The notes below the pieces were generated by a model. The model was given only the letters and a program-made list of their open reading frames with translations. It searched no databases and was not told the origin of the DNA. Below, in pieces: positions 19,982-28,182 of a stretch of 43,100 bases of DNA. The translations under genes were made by a program, and so were the position numbers. The stretch is from positions 1-43,100 of IMG/VR virus record IMGVR_UViG_3300011412_000004; one strand, written 5' to 3'. The stretch is from a virus (lineage: Duplodnaviria; Caudoviricetes). The first letter of the stretch is position 1, and each line of letters opens with the position of its first letter.

Positions 19982-20815
19982 CTAGAAACGGACTTGCTGG
20001 CTAATCGCTTGGGCTTTGTCCTTACCTGACGAGCCGTCTACTAAGGCTTCGGTGTCAAACACTTCTACCACCTTGCCTGCGATCACTTGCTGGGTCGGCA
20101 TATGGTTGTGGTGCGTTACCTTCGCTGGCATAAACAGTTCCAAGAGCCAGTCCTTGATACGCTGGAAGCGCATCTCATTCATCATATCCTCGAAACTGTG
20201 GAATTCCTCAGTCATACCGAGTTTGTCAGCGGCGGCTCGGGCTACCACTTCATCCTCGTGCTGGATCTGGCGGTTAATCAGCGCCATCTTGCCGTTCGGC
20301 TGGTCATTCTCATCAAACAGCCTGCGGAATAATCTGACAGTAAAACGGGGTTCAGCGTAAGTCACGCCGTATTTCTCGTACTCTACGCCCTCTACCTCCC
20401 AGTCAAAGAAATAGTTGTCTCTCAGACCGTGCCGTTTCAATTCGGGCAGGTCGTACAATCTGTCTAACGGGTTAGGGTAAGCGCTCGGCTCAATCGGGTA
20501 TTTGAACATCTTGCCTTGAATGCCGTTGCGTCCTACGGTCGGTTTGCCTACGTTGTCGGCGGTGTACTGAAGCGCCTGCTCAGGCGTGAAATCAGGGTTC
20601 TTCATCGCTTTGAGTTCGTCTACTTCGGCTATCAAGCGCTGGATCAGCATATTGGTTGAACTGTCCTCTGGTACAGCGTGCGGCTGTGGCTCGGGTCGTG
20701 GCTCTCTGACAGGGGGCGGAGTCTTAGGCTTACTAGGGTTGTCTACATCGTGCCTTCGGGCATCTTCTAATCTCTCAGCTCGTTTCTGAGCGAGCGTTTT
20801 CTTCTCGTCTGCCAT
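19982..20815 (-). CDS. Hypothetical protein, 277 aa
   Basis: GAGGA RBS; long ORF directly upstream of terL. Confidence 0.7.
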   Translation of the reverse strand: MADEKKTLAQKRAERLEDARRHDVDNPSKPKTPPPVREPRPEPQPHAVPEDSSTNMLIQRLIAEVDELKAMKNPDFTPEQALQYTADNVGKPTVGRNGIQGKMFKYPIEPSAYPNPLDRLYDLPELKRHGLRDNYFFDWEVEGVEYEKYGVTYAEPRFTVRLFRRLFDENDQPNGKMALINRQIQHEDEVVARAAADKLGMTEEFHSFEDMMNEMRFQRIKDWLLELFMPAKVTHHNHMPTQQVIAGKVVEVFDTEALVDGSSGKDKAQAISQQVRF

Positions 20816-20841
20816 ACTAAATCCTCTCTATTAATTTACCC

Positions 20842-21123
20842 TTAAAAGCTGTCTATTTTCTGTAGGTACAATACCATATAAACCATCGCTACCCCAAGTC
20901 CGAGAAACAACACGGTCAGCCAGACAGTCCACGCAAATCTTTTGATCTTCTGCTTAAAGGACTTTTTCTTCCACTGTTTGCGCCACATCCGCCAACTATC
21001 TCCTACGGTGTAATAATTCTGGCGGTACATCTTAAGTTTCTGGCGCTTGGCACGCAAACGGACCGCTTTCCTTCTCTGGCGGTCCGCTCGCATCTTGTGA
21101 ATCTGCCTTCTCAGGCGAGTCAT
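20842..21123 (-). CDS. Very basic protein with a C-terminal transmembrane helix
   Basis: Arg/Lys-rich N terminus, then FAWTVWLTVLFLGLGVAMVYMVLYL. Confidence 0.55.
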   Translation of the reverse strand: MTRLRRQIHKMRADRQRRKAVRLRAKRQKLKMYRQNYYTVGDSWRMWRKQWKKKSFKQKIKRFAWTVWLTVLFLGLGVAMVYMVLYLQKIDSF

Positions 21124-21561
21124 CTAAAGTGTCTCACTCCAAGCCCACACCTTCTCAGTAATTACTTCTACCGTCTCAGGCTCTAACAGCTCATCCCGAG
21201 TCTGCTCGGCAGGTAACTGAGTGGCTTCAGGGGGACTCTCACCCTCAGTCTCCCCCTCGGGCATTTCACCGCTAGGTGGTACTTCCTGACCCTCAGTCGG
21301 CTCACTTGGAGCTGGCATCGGTGCGGTGTCTGGCACGTCTGGCTCATCCACCTCTATCAAGCCAGCAAAGTGATGTCTATACTCCTCTGGCACTTCAGCG
21401 ATTATCTCACCTTCGGGAGAGTGTATTCCCAGCAGGAACTTTCCCTCTTTGTCGGAGTCGCTTGTCCACGCTTTGCCGTAGTTCTGCTTGGCTATTAGGT
21501 TGAGAAATGACACGCACAGCGTTATCAGATCGTCTTTGGTAAGTTTTTCGAACTGTATCAT
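21124..21561 (-). CDS. Hypothetical protein with an acidic Pro-rich tail
   Basis: AAAGGAG RBS before ATG 21561 (MIQFEK...). Confidence 0.6.
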   Translation of the reverse strand: MIQFEKLTKDDLITLCVSFLNLIAKQNYGKAWTSDSDKEGKFLLGIHSPEGEIIAEVPEEYRHHFAGLIEVDEPDVPDTAPMPAPSEPTEGQEVPPSGEMPEGETEGESPPEATQLPAEQTRDELLEPETVEVITEKVWAWSETL

Positions 21562-21765
21562 ATTGTCTCCTTTGAATGCGAGTGCACTCATTACTAAACG
21601 ATATCCATCCTATATCATAATACCGCATTCCACGTTCGCCCCAACGCTTAAACCAGCGCCAATCGCTGTGGAAAACCAACCGTATAATCCTACTACATCT
21701 ATAATCCATAGACTGTCCGACCGCTCACTTGCACGCCCACGGTATTATACAGCACTTCGTACTGA

Positions 21766-21981
21766 CTAAGCATCAAAAGGCACGTACGTCACGTCATCCT
21801 CAGGCTCTACGGTGTGTACACGGGCATTCGGCGGCTCTGCTACCTTATTCTCAGATGGCGGAGAAAAAGTTTGCCCACTTTTACCAGAGGGTCTTAACAT
21901 CCTATTCACCCAATCACTCTTATCAGCCAAACCGTTCCACAGTTCTTCATTCTCTTTACGGATATAGATATTCACTCTCAC
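21766..21981 (-). CDS. Ribbon-helix-helix-like DNA-binding protein
   Basis: MRVNIYI beta-strand then ..LWNGL..KSDWVNRML helices; AGAAAGGAG RBS with GTG start. Confidence 0.55.
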   Translation of the reverse strand: MRVNIYIRKENEELWNGLADKSDWVNRMLRPSGKSGQTFSPPSENKVAEPPNARVHTVEPEDDVTYVPFDA

Positions 21982-22006
21982 AGGGGTACTCCTTTCTTAT
22001 ATGTAA

Positions 22007-22064
22007 GTATACACACTACGTGTACACACTATCAGTATACACACCTATGTACATTGTGTACACA
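22007..22064. repeat. Four GTRTACACA repeats (putative operator array)
   Basis: Copies at 22007, 22020, 22035 and 22056; the last forms the palindrome TGTGTACACA. Confidence 0.7.
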
Positions 22065-22134
22065 AAATCCTGTGGATCGAAGGTACACTAAGGGTCGTTT
22101 TTATTATTATATAGATAGAGAGGGGATACTAAAT

Positions 22135-22563
22135 TCAAGGGGTAGAGGGAGGGGGTACATCTGTTAATTGGTCTAAGATGTTTTTTGGTATTTTTTCAGC
22201 TTGTCCACCTGATAAGTCATACGTAACAGATACAAACGCTCCTTTGGATTCTATCTTCTGAGTAGCCTTTCCGTTGGCTTGTTCATACATAAACATAGCT
22301 ACATCCGCAGTCGTTTTGTTCATTTGACCCCTGATTAATTGCTCCTCGATTCTATCCTCCGCAAGCCTTGCAAGTTTAATCTGTCTAGCCTTCGAAGTTT
22401 CTATCTCTTGAGCTATGTTTGAATCCGTTAGTAATTTAGAAGCATTGAATCTTATAGTTTCATACTTGAGTTTTGCTTTGCCTGGGTAAGCTTGCCGATA
22501 AGCGCTGACACCTGAAAAGCCTTTAGCTATAAGATTAATAAATTTAAGCTCCTGTGCTGTCAT
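22135..22563 (-). CDS. terS: Terminase small subunit
   Basis: MT..ELKF....G....AYRQAY....NASKLL....I pattern of TerS HTH domains. Confidence 0.75.
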   Translation of the reverse strand: MTAQELKFINLIAKGFSGVSAYRQAYPGKAKLKYETIRFNASKLLTDSNIAQEIETSKARQIKLARLAEDRIEEQLIRGQMNKTTADVAMFMYEQANGKATQKIESKGAFVSVTYDLSGGQAEKIPKNILDQLTDVPPPSTP

Positions 22564-22570
22564 ACCACTT

Positions 22571-22579
22571 ATAGTACCA
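22571..22579 (-). promoter_or_regulatory. Extended -10 (TGGTACTAT) 7 nt before the terS ATG; probable leaderless transcript
   Basis: Spacing places the TSS at the ATG; no SD is present. Confidence 0.5.
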
Positions 22580-22731
22580 TCCTTTAAATGTGTCTTTGTT
22601 TTTTTCCGCCCCGCAGGGTCAATAATTCCTCTATTCCTTTAAATCAAAAATAATAAAAATCCTTTAGGATTTTATCCTTTTTTCCGCGGATTTTTTTATG
22701 TTGTAATATTGTATGTTATGTCAATAAAAAA

Positions 22732-22760
22732 TTGACTTTACTATAAAAAAGGCGCATACT
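22732..22760 (+). promoter_or_regulatory. Sigma70-type promoter for the plus-strand early block
   Basis: TTGACT-17 bp-CATACT with an A/T-rich upstream element, in the divergent intergenic region. Confidence 0.75.
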
Positions 22761-22796
22761 GTTGTTATAACAAGTAACGAAAGGAACACAAAACAA

Positions 22797-23003
22797 ATGG
22801 TAGAACTTACCTTAACACTTACAAGCGATGAAATCCAAGCGGTACAATCCGCACTGATTCACGTGAGTTTAGAAAAGAAAGAAGAAATAGTTACTTCTGG
22901 TTTCACAGATGATTTTCTTCTGGAGTATGTCAAAGAAGCTCAACACTTCGAAAGACAATTAAACTCGGTTTACAAAAAAATCAATCAGGCTCGTAGAGCT
23001 TAA
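22797..23003 (+). CDS. Hypothetical early protein
   Basis: GAAAGGAAC RBS; first gene after the promoter. Confidence 0.7.
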   Translation: MVELTLTLTSDEIQAVQSALIHVSLEKKEEIVTSGFTDDFLLEYVKEAQHFERQLNSVYKKINQARRA

Positions 23004-23050
23004 GTTGGTGACTGCTTGGACTCTCTGAGTCCTTGCAGGTGTCAATTTAA
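23000..23050 (+). other. Long imperfect RNA hairpin (possible processing/stability site)
   Basis: TTAAGTTGGTG/TGTCAATTTAA, CTGC/GCAG and GGACTC/GAGTCC arms; G-U pairs are valid on the plus strand. Confidence 0.55.
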
Positions 23051-23069
23051 AAAGAAAGGAACTACACCA

Positions 23070-23153
23070 ATGTATCAAAAAACTATACGGACCAAACAGC
23101 GTATGACTTGGGCTGAATACCAAGCCTATAAATTAAAGAAGGGTAAAAAATAA
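23070..23153 (+). CDS. Micro-ORF, 27 aa (MYQKTIRTKQRMTWAEYQAYKLKKGKK)
   Basis: AGAAAGGAAC RBS. Confidence 0.6.
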   Translation: MYQKTIRTKQRMTWAEYQAYKLKKGKK

Positions 23154-23155
23154 CT

Positions 23156-23227
23156 ATGAAGATTCAAGTTATACAATACTCTACTAATAAGGTGTGGTAT
23201 ATCGAACCGAAGAAGGTTAAAAGATAA
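23156..23227 (+). CDS. Micro-ORF, 23 aa (MKIQVIQYSTNKVWYIEPKKVKR)
   Basis: Starts 2 nt after the previous stop; TAATG overlap with the next ORF. Confidence 0.5.
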   Translation: MKIQVIQYSTNKVWYIEPKKVKR

Positions 23228-23292
23228 TGAAATTATTCTTTATCCGCTTGTTTGATGAACCTAATAAAATTGTAATCAAGGACCGCAAATAA
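23227..23292 (+). CDS. Micro-ORF, 21 aa (MKLFFIRLFDEPNKIVIKDRK)
   Basis: TAATG overlaps at both ends. Confidence 0.5.
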   Translation: MKLFFIRLFDEPNKIVIKDRK

Positions 23293-23486
23293 TGGAATTT
23301 AAAGACTTCGCAGAATCAGCCGAGATTGAATATAGAACAGAGGTTATTGTAAACGGCGTACACGCTGGAAGCATTAGCAATCTGTCCGAAGATTCACACA
23401 TAGAAGAATTCAGAAAGCTTGACCACGCTATAAAGGCAGAGTTAGACCAGCAATGGTATGACTTGCCAGAAAACATTGAGGTTTAA
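23292..23486 (+). CDS. Hypothetical acidic protein
   Basis: AAGGA RBS; part of the coupled chain. Confidence 0.65.
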   Translation: MEFKDFAESAEIEYRTEVIVNGVHAGSISNLSEDSHIEEFRKLDHAIKAELDQQWYDLPENIEV

Positions 23487-23488
23487 TA

Positions 23489-23776
23489 ATGGCATTGTCT
23501 CCAGAGTTCATTAATAAGTTTTGGAATGACCAACTTGTAAACCGTGAAAATGCGGTAGTCATCAAAGGCGAGCATTACCGCTTAGGCGATAGCAAAACCG
23601 CTTCGGACTCCAACGGCTTCGGAGGTTCAAAATTCAGAATCAAGCTACACGCTACAGGCGAAGAAATAACAACTTTCGACTTATGGCATCAAGGAACAGT
23701 ACCAGCCGAATTTAAGGAACTGTTACCAGATAACGCTAGCTGGGTTCGAACCATAAAAGTTAAGTTCGAAGATTAA
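23489..23776 (+). CDS. Hypothetical phage protein (GFGG..F.I....G....T.DLWHQG.VP)
   Basis: GAGGT RBS; well-formed ORF. Confidence 0.7.
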   Translation: MALSPEFINKFWNDQLVNRENAVVIKGEHYRLGDSKTASDSNGFGGSKFRIKLHATGEEITTFDLWHQGTVPAEFKELLPDNASWVRTIKVKFED

Positions 23777-23784
23777 TAATATAA

Positions 23785-23810
23785 GGCTGGGGAACTGAAA
23801 AACCCCAGCC
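23785..23810. other. GC-rich hairpin GGCTGGGG-N10-CCCCAGCC
   Basis: Perfect 8-bp intergenic inverted repeat; no U-tract on the plus strand. Confidence 0.5.
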
Positions 23811-23828
23811 AGAAAACCGAGGTATTAA

Positions 23829-24035
23829 ATGGAAGAAGTAAAGAAAGTGACCGAGCTTAAATGTTGCAATGACCAACGCTTAATGATGGATGAGTCATTC
23901 AGCTATGAATGCCAGATACTAGAAGGCAAGTTATGGATTGATACGAGCGACTATTGCACGGACGGATTCGAGAATTTGCAATGCATTAATTGTGGTGAAT
24001 CATTCGATGAATCAGCCATAGAAATGGAGTGGTAA
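23829..24035 (+). CDS. Small zinc-ribbon-like acidic protein
   Basis: KCCN...CINCGE. Confidence 0.6.
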   Translation: MEEVKKVTELKCCNDQRLMMDESFSYECQILEGKLWIDTSDYCTDGFENLQCINCGESFDESAIEMEW

Positions 24036-24247
24036 ATATGGATACTACCGATATACGCACCTGTGCAATCTGTCACTTGGCAATGTCCGAGGGATTCTAT
24101 GACGGCGAGGGATTCACACCGCACGAGTATTACTGTAGCGAGCAATGCTTAAGCATATGCATACCGCTTGAAAGCTGGAACAAACTTTACACCGAGGACG
24201 GCGAGAGCTATTGGACCGAGTGGGAAAGCATCTACTTCGGGGAATAA
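24029..24247 (+). CDS. Small zinc-finger-like protein
   Basis: RTCAIC..MSEGF...YYCSEQCL...YWTEW. Confidence 0.7.
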   Translation: MVNMDTTDIRTCAICHLAMSEGFYDGEGFTPHEYYCSEQCLSICIPLESWNKLYTEDGESYWTEWESIYFGE

Positions 24248-24249
24248 TT

Positions 24250-24993
24250 ATGGAGCTAGATTATAACCAATTAATTGAACAGGCTTTAACGATAGATGGA
24301 GCGATAGGAACAACCTATAGCAGATTCTACAATTACAGCATAACCAATCAATACTTCTTTATGCTACAAGGCATAACCGAGCCTGTAGCCAACTTTAACA
24401 CGTGGCGCAAGCTTGGACGCTATCCGAAGAAAAACACAGCCAAGCTAGTAATTACGCCTGTACCGCTGTACGAGAAAAACAAGGACGGCGAGAAAGAGCA
24501 AAGCGGATGCTACTTCAGACTTAAGAAAGCCGTGTTTGCTTACTCCGATACGTTTGGCGATGAGCTGGAAATCCCTGAAGTTACAGCGATAGACTGGACA
24601 ATCGAGCGAGCCGAGCAAGCTTTAAATATCGAGCGTGTACCATTCGAGAGTACCAACGGCAACAGCCACGGCTACAGCCACGGGCGCAAGTATGCAATCA
24701 ATCCTATGGCAACCTATCCGCTTAAAACCACTATGCACGAGCTGGCGCACATAGTCTTAAACCATACGAGCGGTTTTGAGAATCACGAGCGAAGCACCGC
24801 AGAATTCCAAGCCGAAGCGACCGCTTATATCCTGATGAACGAATTCCAGAGCGAAGAATGGAACAAGGACGCAAGCCGAGCATATATACAGAACTGGCTG
24901 GATGGCGAGAAGCCGAGCGAGTCAGACATAAAAGCCGTATTTGTGGCAGTCAATAAAATATTAAACGCTGGAAAGGTGGTAGAGAATGAGTAA
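24250..24993 (+). CDS. ardC: ArdC-like antirestriction protein (ssDNA-binding N domain plus zincin metallopeptidase-like domain)
   Basis: F.NYS..NQ, VA.FNTWRKLGR motifs; HELAH zincin motif; EFQAEATAY and S.AYIQNWL. Confidence 0.75.
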   Translation: MELDYNQLIEQALTIDGAIGTTYSRFYNYSITNQYFFMLQGITEPVANFNTWRKLGRYPKKNTAKLVITPVPLYEKNKDGEKEQSGCYFRLKKAVFAYSDTFGDELEIPEVTAIDWTIERAEQALNIERVPFESTNGNSHGYSHGRKYAINPMATYPLKTTMHELAHIVLNHTSGFENHERSTAEFQAEATAYILMNEFQSEEWNKDASRAYIQNWLDGEKPSESDIKAVFVAVNKILNAGKVVENE

Positions 24994-25237
24994 GATTAAA
25001 CGAGCCTTAGAAGAACTGACCGAGAAAGCGAGCGCATCAATTTGCGCTTGCTACTGGTACGACTTTCAAAACGTATTACCTGATTTGACATTAGCGGATT
25101 TGAACGAGATAGCGAAAAATCCGTATTATGCTCATATCATTAACGGCGATGACTTGCACGAATGCCCCGAGTATATGCAAGAACTGGCAGAAAATGAAAT
25201 GGATCGGCTGAGAGAGGAGGGATTGTTAGATGTTTAG
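24986..25237 (+). CDS. Hypothetical protein
   Basis: Overlapping operon arrangement. Confidence 0.6.
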   Translation: MSKIKRALEELTEKASASICACYWYDFQNVLPDLTLADLNEIAKNPYYAHIINGDDLHECPEYMQELAENEMDRLREEGLLDV

Positions 25238-25478
25238 AATGATATTGATTGGTTTGTTGCTGGCTAGTAACTTTATGTTTGCCAGCATAGCCATACGAAA
25301 CAGCAACCCTTTGGAATGTACGGAAGTCTATGTCATCTATGAACAGAATATTTGCATAGTCAATATGCATCAAGAGACAGACTTGCAAGCCGTACAGGAG
25401 CGCTTGCGGTCCGAAGCCTACAAGTACAAAGAGAGCCAGCCAACGCAGGCTGAACAGTTTATGGAACTACAAAAGTAA
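25230..25478 (+). CDS. Hypothetical protein with an N-terminal hydrophobic segment
   Basis: GGAGG RBS; signal/TM-like N terminus. Confidence 0.55.
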   Translation: MFRMILIGLLLASNFMFASIAIRNSNPLECTEVYVIYEQNICIVNMHQETDLQAVQERLRSEAYKYKESQPTQAEQFMELQK

Positions 25479-25494
25479 AGAAAGCGAGGTTTAT

Positions 25495-25644
25495 ATGTTA
25501 AGTATTATTTTAGGTTTACTGTTTTTAGGAGTCATCGTATCAATCCTGATGTTTCTGGCTAGAATCCTAGTCAGTATCATAATCATAGTTATAACCGTAG
25601 TCTTTACGCTGATAAGCGATTGGCTGGAAGAAAGCGAGGTATAA
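25495..25644 (+). CDS. Small membrane protein, 49 aa
   Basis: AGAAAGCGAGGT RBS; MLSIILGLLFLGVIVSILMFLARILVSIIIIVITVVF... Confidence 0.6.
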   Translation: MLSIILGLLFLGVIVSILMFLARILVSIIIIVITVVFTLISDWLEESEV

Positions 25645-25645
25645 G

Positions 25646-25789
25646 ATGCACGATATCGAGAACATCATAAACAAGTATGAAATACCTGTCAGCCTGTACC
25701 CTGCCTTATGGGATGCCTACGAAGCAGGGCTGAAGCGTGGCTTTATAGATGCCAGCATTACCGCCTTTAACCAAGCGGATGCCCTTTGA
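25646..25789 (+). CDS. Small hypothetical protein, 47 aa
   Basis: Same AGAAAGCGAGGT RBS; MHDIENIINKYEIP... Confidence 0.55.
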   Translation: MHDIENIINKYEIPVSLYPALWDAYEAGLKRGFIDASITAFNQADAL

Positions 25790-25915
25790 CTCCGTTTATA
25801 GCGCTGATGATTCTAGCCTTTAGCAGTATCAACCTGTTGTTAAGCGAGATATTCAGCCGTAAGCATTTAGCCAGATTTGAAGATACAATAATTGTAAAGC
25901 CAGAAAGGAGCGAAG

Positions 25916-26089
25916 ATGAGCGGAATAGAGAAAATGACTAGAGTATGCCTGATACTGATACCGATACTGATAGCTTTTGTGCTTGGTATGCTGGTAGGCG
26001 AGTGGAATTTCAGACGGCAGAGCGTGATTAAGACATATGAAGATGGCTCATTCGTGGGCTGTGTGGATAGGAAGATATGCCAAGAGTAA
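25916..26089 (+). CDS. Small membrane protein, 57 aa
   Basis: AGAAAGGAG RBS; one TM segment, then YEDGSFVGC. Confidence 0.6.
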   Translation: MSGIEKMTRVCLILIPILIAFVLGMLVGEWNFRRQSVIKTYEDGSFVGCVDRKICQE

Positions 26090-26400
26090 AGATAGCATCC
26101 ATAGTCGAGAAAGTACTGCAGGAGCATCCTAAGAGCCGTGACAGCGATAATGACTTGCTTGCACGTGTTTGGTTCGCTTTAGGCTTAAAGCTTACTAAGG
26201 AGCAGTATGACGTGTTACAGAGCTTGCCAAGTTCTGACACCATTACACGGATTCGGCGCAAACTTCAGGAACAAGGCAAATACAAGGCTTCTGAGGGCAT
26301 TCAAAAGTACAGGCGGTATAAACACCGAGTTATACGCCAGAACGCCCCTACAAGCGATGCAGAGCATTTAGAGAGATATCTGAATGGGGATGAGCTATGA
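26077..26400 (+). CDS. Hypothetical basic protein, possibly DNA-binding
   Basis: VL.EHP.SRDSD..L...VW and LPS.DTITR.RRKLQ pattern. Confidence 0.7.
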   Translation: MPRVKIASIVEKVLQEHPKSRDSDNDLLARVWFALGLKLTKEQYDVLQSLPSSDTITRIRRKLQEQGKYKASEGIQKYRRYKHRVIRQNAPTSDAEHLERYLNGDEL

Positions 26401-26573
26401 AATGGATGTGGCTTTTGGTTCTGATAGTCCTGAACTTATTAATACTGCTAATTATCTTTATTCAGACCAATGTAGTACACGCCCCCAAACCAACTGAACT
26501 GAAAGGAGTGGATTATGGTACGACCAATACAGAAAAGAGCGAATATACAGGCAATCAAAAATTTAGCCGATGA
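26397..26573 (+). CDS. Small membrane protein, 58 aa
   Basis: ATGA overlap; MKWMWLLVLIVLNLLILLIIFIQ. Confidence 0.5.
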   Translation: MKWMWLLVLIVLNLLILLIIFIQTNVVHAPKPTELKGVDYGTTNTEKSEYTGNQKFSR

Positions 26574-26718
26574 CAGTATAGTGCTGGATCTTAAGCCTTT
26601 AATAGCTATGGTTATGCGTGAGTGTAACTGTACCTTCGATGAGATAGGGCAAGTCTTTGGCTTTACCCGTCAGAATGCCGAACAGTACATTAAAAGTATT
26701 CAGGATAAGATAGGCTAG
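26515..26718 (+). CDS. Sigma70 region-4-like HTH protein
   Basis: TFDEIGQVFGFTRQNAEQ; GAAAGGAG RBS. Confidence 0.75.
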   Translation: MVRPIQKRANIQAIKNLADDSIVLDLKPLIAMVMRECNCTFDEIGQVFGFTRQNAEQYIKSIQDKIG

Positions 26719-26724
26719 TAAGTT

Positions 26725-26776
26725 AGAATACCCCCGAACGAGACTTGAAAGGAACTACGTTTTATGGGGGTATTCT
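26725..26776. other. 11-bp hairpin whose loop contains the phage RBS motif (plus strand) or its complement (minus strand)
   Basis: AGAATACCCCC (26725-35) / GGGGGTATTCT (26766-76); GAAAGGAACTA at 26747-57. Confidence 0.6.
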
Positions 26777-27002
26777 TATGCTAAGTATACATTATAGATA
26801 GAATATTCCATTATATATTTTTGCCCGTTGTAAATTCTACCAATCACCTTACAGGATGGCTTGAGCCACCTCTGTTAAAAGATATGGTATAATATATGAA
26901 AAGTGACTTGTCAAGGCTACTATGTTATAATATAGTTATGGTGAAAGTGCAAACTAACACCGTGAACCTTTACAACGTGGTAGTCGGAAACGGAGCATAT
27001 AT

Positions 27003-27314
27003 ATGTCCAAACTCAACTACAAGATTCTTAAGCCAGGTCAAACCTTTAAATGGGGTTACTCCCGTCAGAAAGTCCACGGCAACTGTGGGCGTGAAGGCTG
27101 GTCTGGTGAGGAATTCTGTGTCTCGCATTACTGGCGCTGGAATAAAGATGTAGATATCCTGCACGATCCAGAAGCCGTAAAGCATATAGAGGACTATGAC
27201 AGCCAGTGCAAACTAGTCTCTCATTGTTCTAAGCACGGGTTCGAGCAATACATCAACCGTAATCGCAAAGCCGAACAGATGGCTTTAAAAGCGCTTAACA
27301 AGCTGTTCAATTAA
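27003..27314 (+). CDS. Hypothetical Cys/His-containing protein in its own transcription unit
   Basis: GGAG RBS; TGnTATAAT boxes at 26885 and 26923; downstream hairpin. Confidence 0.6.
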   Translation: MSKLNYKILKPGQTFKWGYSRQKVHGNCGREGWSGEEFCVSHYWRWNKDVDILHDPEAVKHIEDYDSQCKLVSHCSKHGFEQYINRNRKAEQMALKALNKLFN

Positions 27315-27340
27315 AAAAGACTTCTGCCGAAGTCCTTCTT
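27313..27340. terminator. Probable terminator (GACTTC-tgcc-GAAGTC)
   Basis: Hairpin flanked by an A-run and a pyrimidine run, at the convergence of the two transcription directions. Confidence 0.5.
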
Positions 27341-27384
27341 AGTATCAAACATTACATAGACTACCACGTTGCAAGGGTTTACAC

Positions 27385-27426
27385 AAAAAACAAGGCTTGA
27401 GTAATCTCGCAAACTTACTCAAGCCT
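27385..27426 (-). terminator. Intrinsic terminator
   Basis: Perfect 12-bp stem AGGCTTGAGTAA/TTACTCAAGCCT followed by TGTTTTTT. Confidence 0.8.
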
Positions 27427-27437
27427 ATGCTTCTATT

Positions 27438-28091
27438 CTACCACCAATGCCCCACGTCCCTGCCGTTTATCTTTACTCGGGCTTGCCAGTGGTTCTTAGC
27501 CGCTTCCCACGTACCATACCGCTTCTTCATATAATCGGTAAACCACGCATCCTGACAAGCATAGTCAAGACTGCCACACGGTAGCTTCGAGCCTGGACAC
27601 GCCTGACCTAAGCCACGGCAACCGCCAGCATTAACTGCATTCGGTCTATTGCCTGACTCGTGACAGTAGATGAACGCCTTAGCGCTGTTCTGGTTCTTAC
27701 AGTCTATAGCGCCCTGAGCGTTAGCCGTCTCTGTCAGCGTGACAGCGTTAGCCAACTGTTTACGGCGCTGTTCGACTGCTACACGCTCGGCTTCACGGCG
27801 CTCAATCTTAGACTGGAGTTCGGCTTCCAAGCGTTGTTTGTCAGCGTCTAGCTGTTCCTTTTCCTTTTGGAGTCGCTCGATCTCCGCCTTATTTGTCGTA
27901 TCAGTGTGTTCCAATTCAATGTTTAGATTCTCATATTTAAGTTCTAATGATTTAAGCTCTGCTCCTCGCTCCTGTAATTGTACGTCTTGTATTTTCAGCT
28001 GATGGTCTGTAGTTCTAAGTTTAGATACTCCCAATGAGCTGAATCCTATTAGTAAAACTCCTGCTACTGGGATTAAAAGTATACGTCTCAT
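27438..28091 (-). CDS. Secreted/membrane-anchored coiled-coil protein with a C-terminal lysozyme-like (SLT/Rpf/aggregation-promoting-factor-type) domain
   Basis: Signal/TM segment, long coiled coil, HESGNRPNAVN..GCRGLGQA.P.SKL, YM..RYGTWEAA..HW. Confidence 0.75.
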   Translation of the reverse strand: MRRILLIPVAGVLLIGFSSLGVSKLRTTDHQLKIQDVQLQERGAELKSLELKYENLNIELEHTDTTNKAEIERLQKEKEQLDADKQRLEAELQSKIERREAERVAVEQRRKQLANAVTLTETANAQGAIDCKNQNSAKAFIYCHESGNRPNAVNAGGCRGLGQACPGSKLPCGSLDYACQDAWFTDYMKKRYGTWEAAKNHWQARVKINGRDVGHWW

Positions 28092-28182
28092 AGTCAGCCC
28101 TTAATCAAGTCAATCAGGGACGGGCATAGCTCCTTTCTTTTAAAATGCACTTCTTATTGTATCAAGCCTGCCTAAACGTGTC

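Noticed and set aside
21407-21709. 100-aa minus-strand ORF
   Set aside because: It overlaps 21124-21561 substantially and has no clear RBS; it cannot be supported, although a short product is possible.
26896-27153. Plus-strand ORF (possible leaderless start at 26938)
   Set aside because: It overlaps the better-supported 27003-27314 gene out of frame; evidence is insufficient to list it as a CDS.
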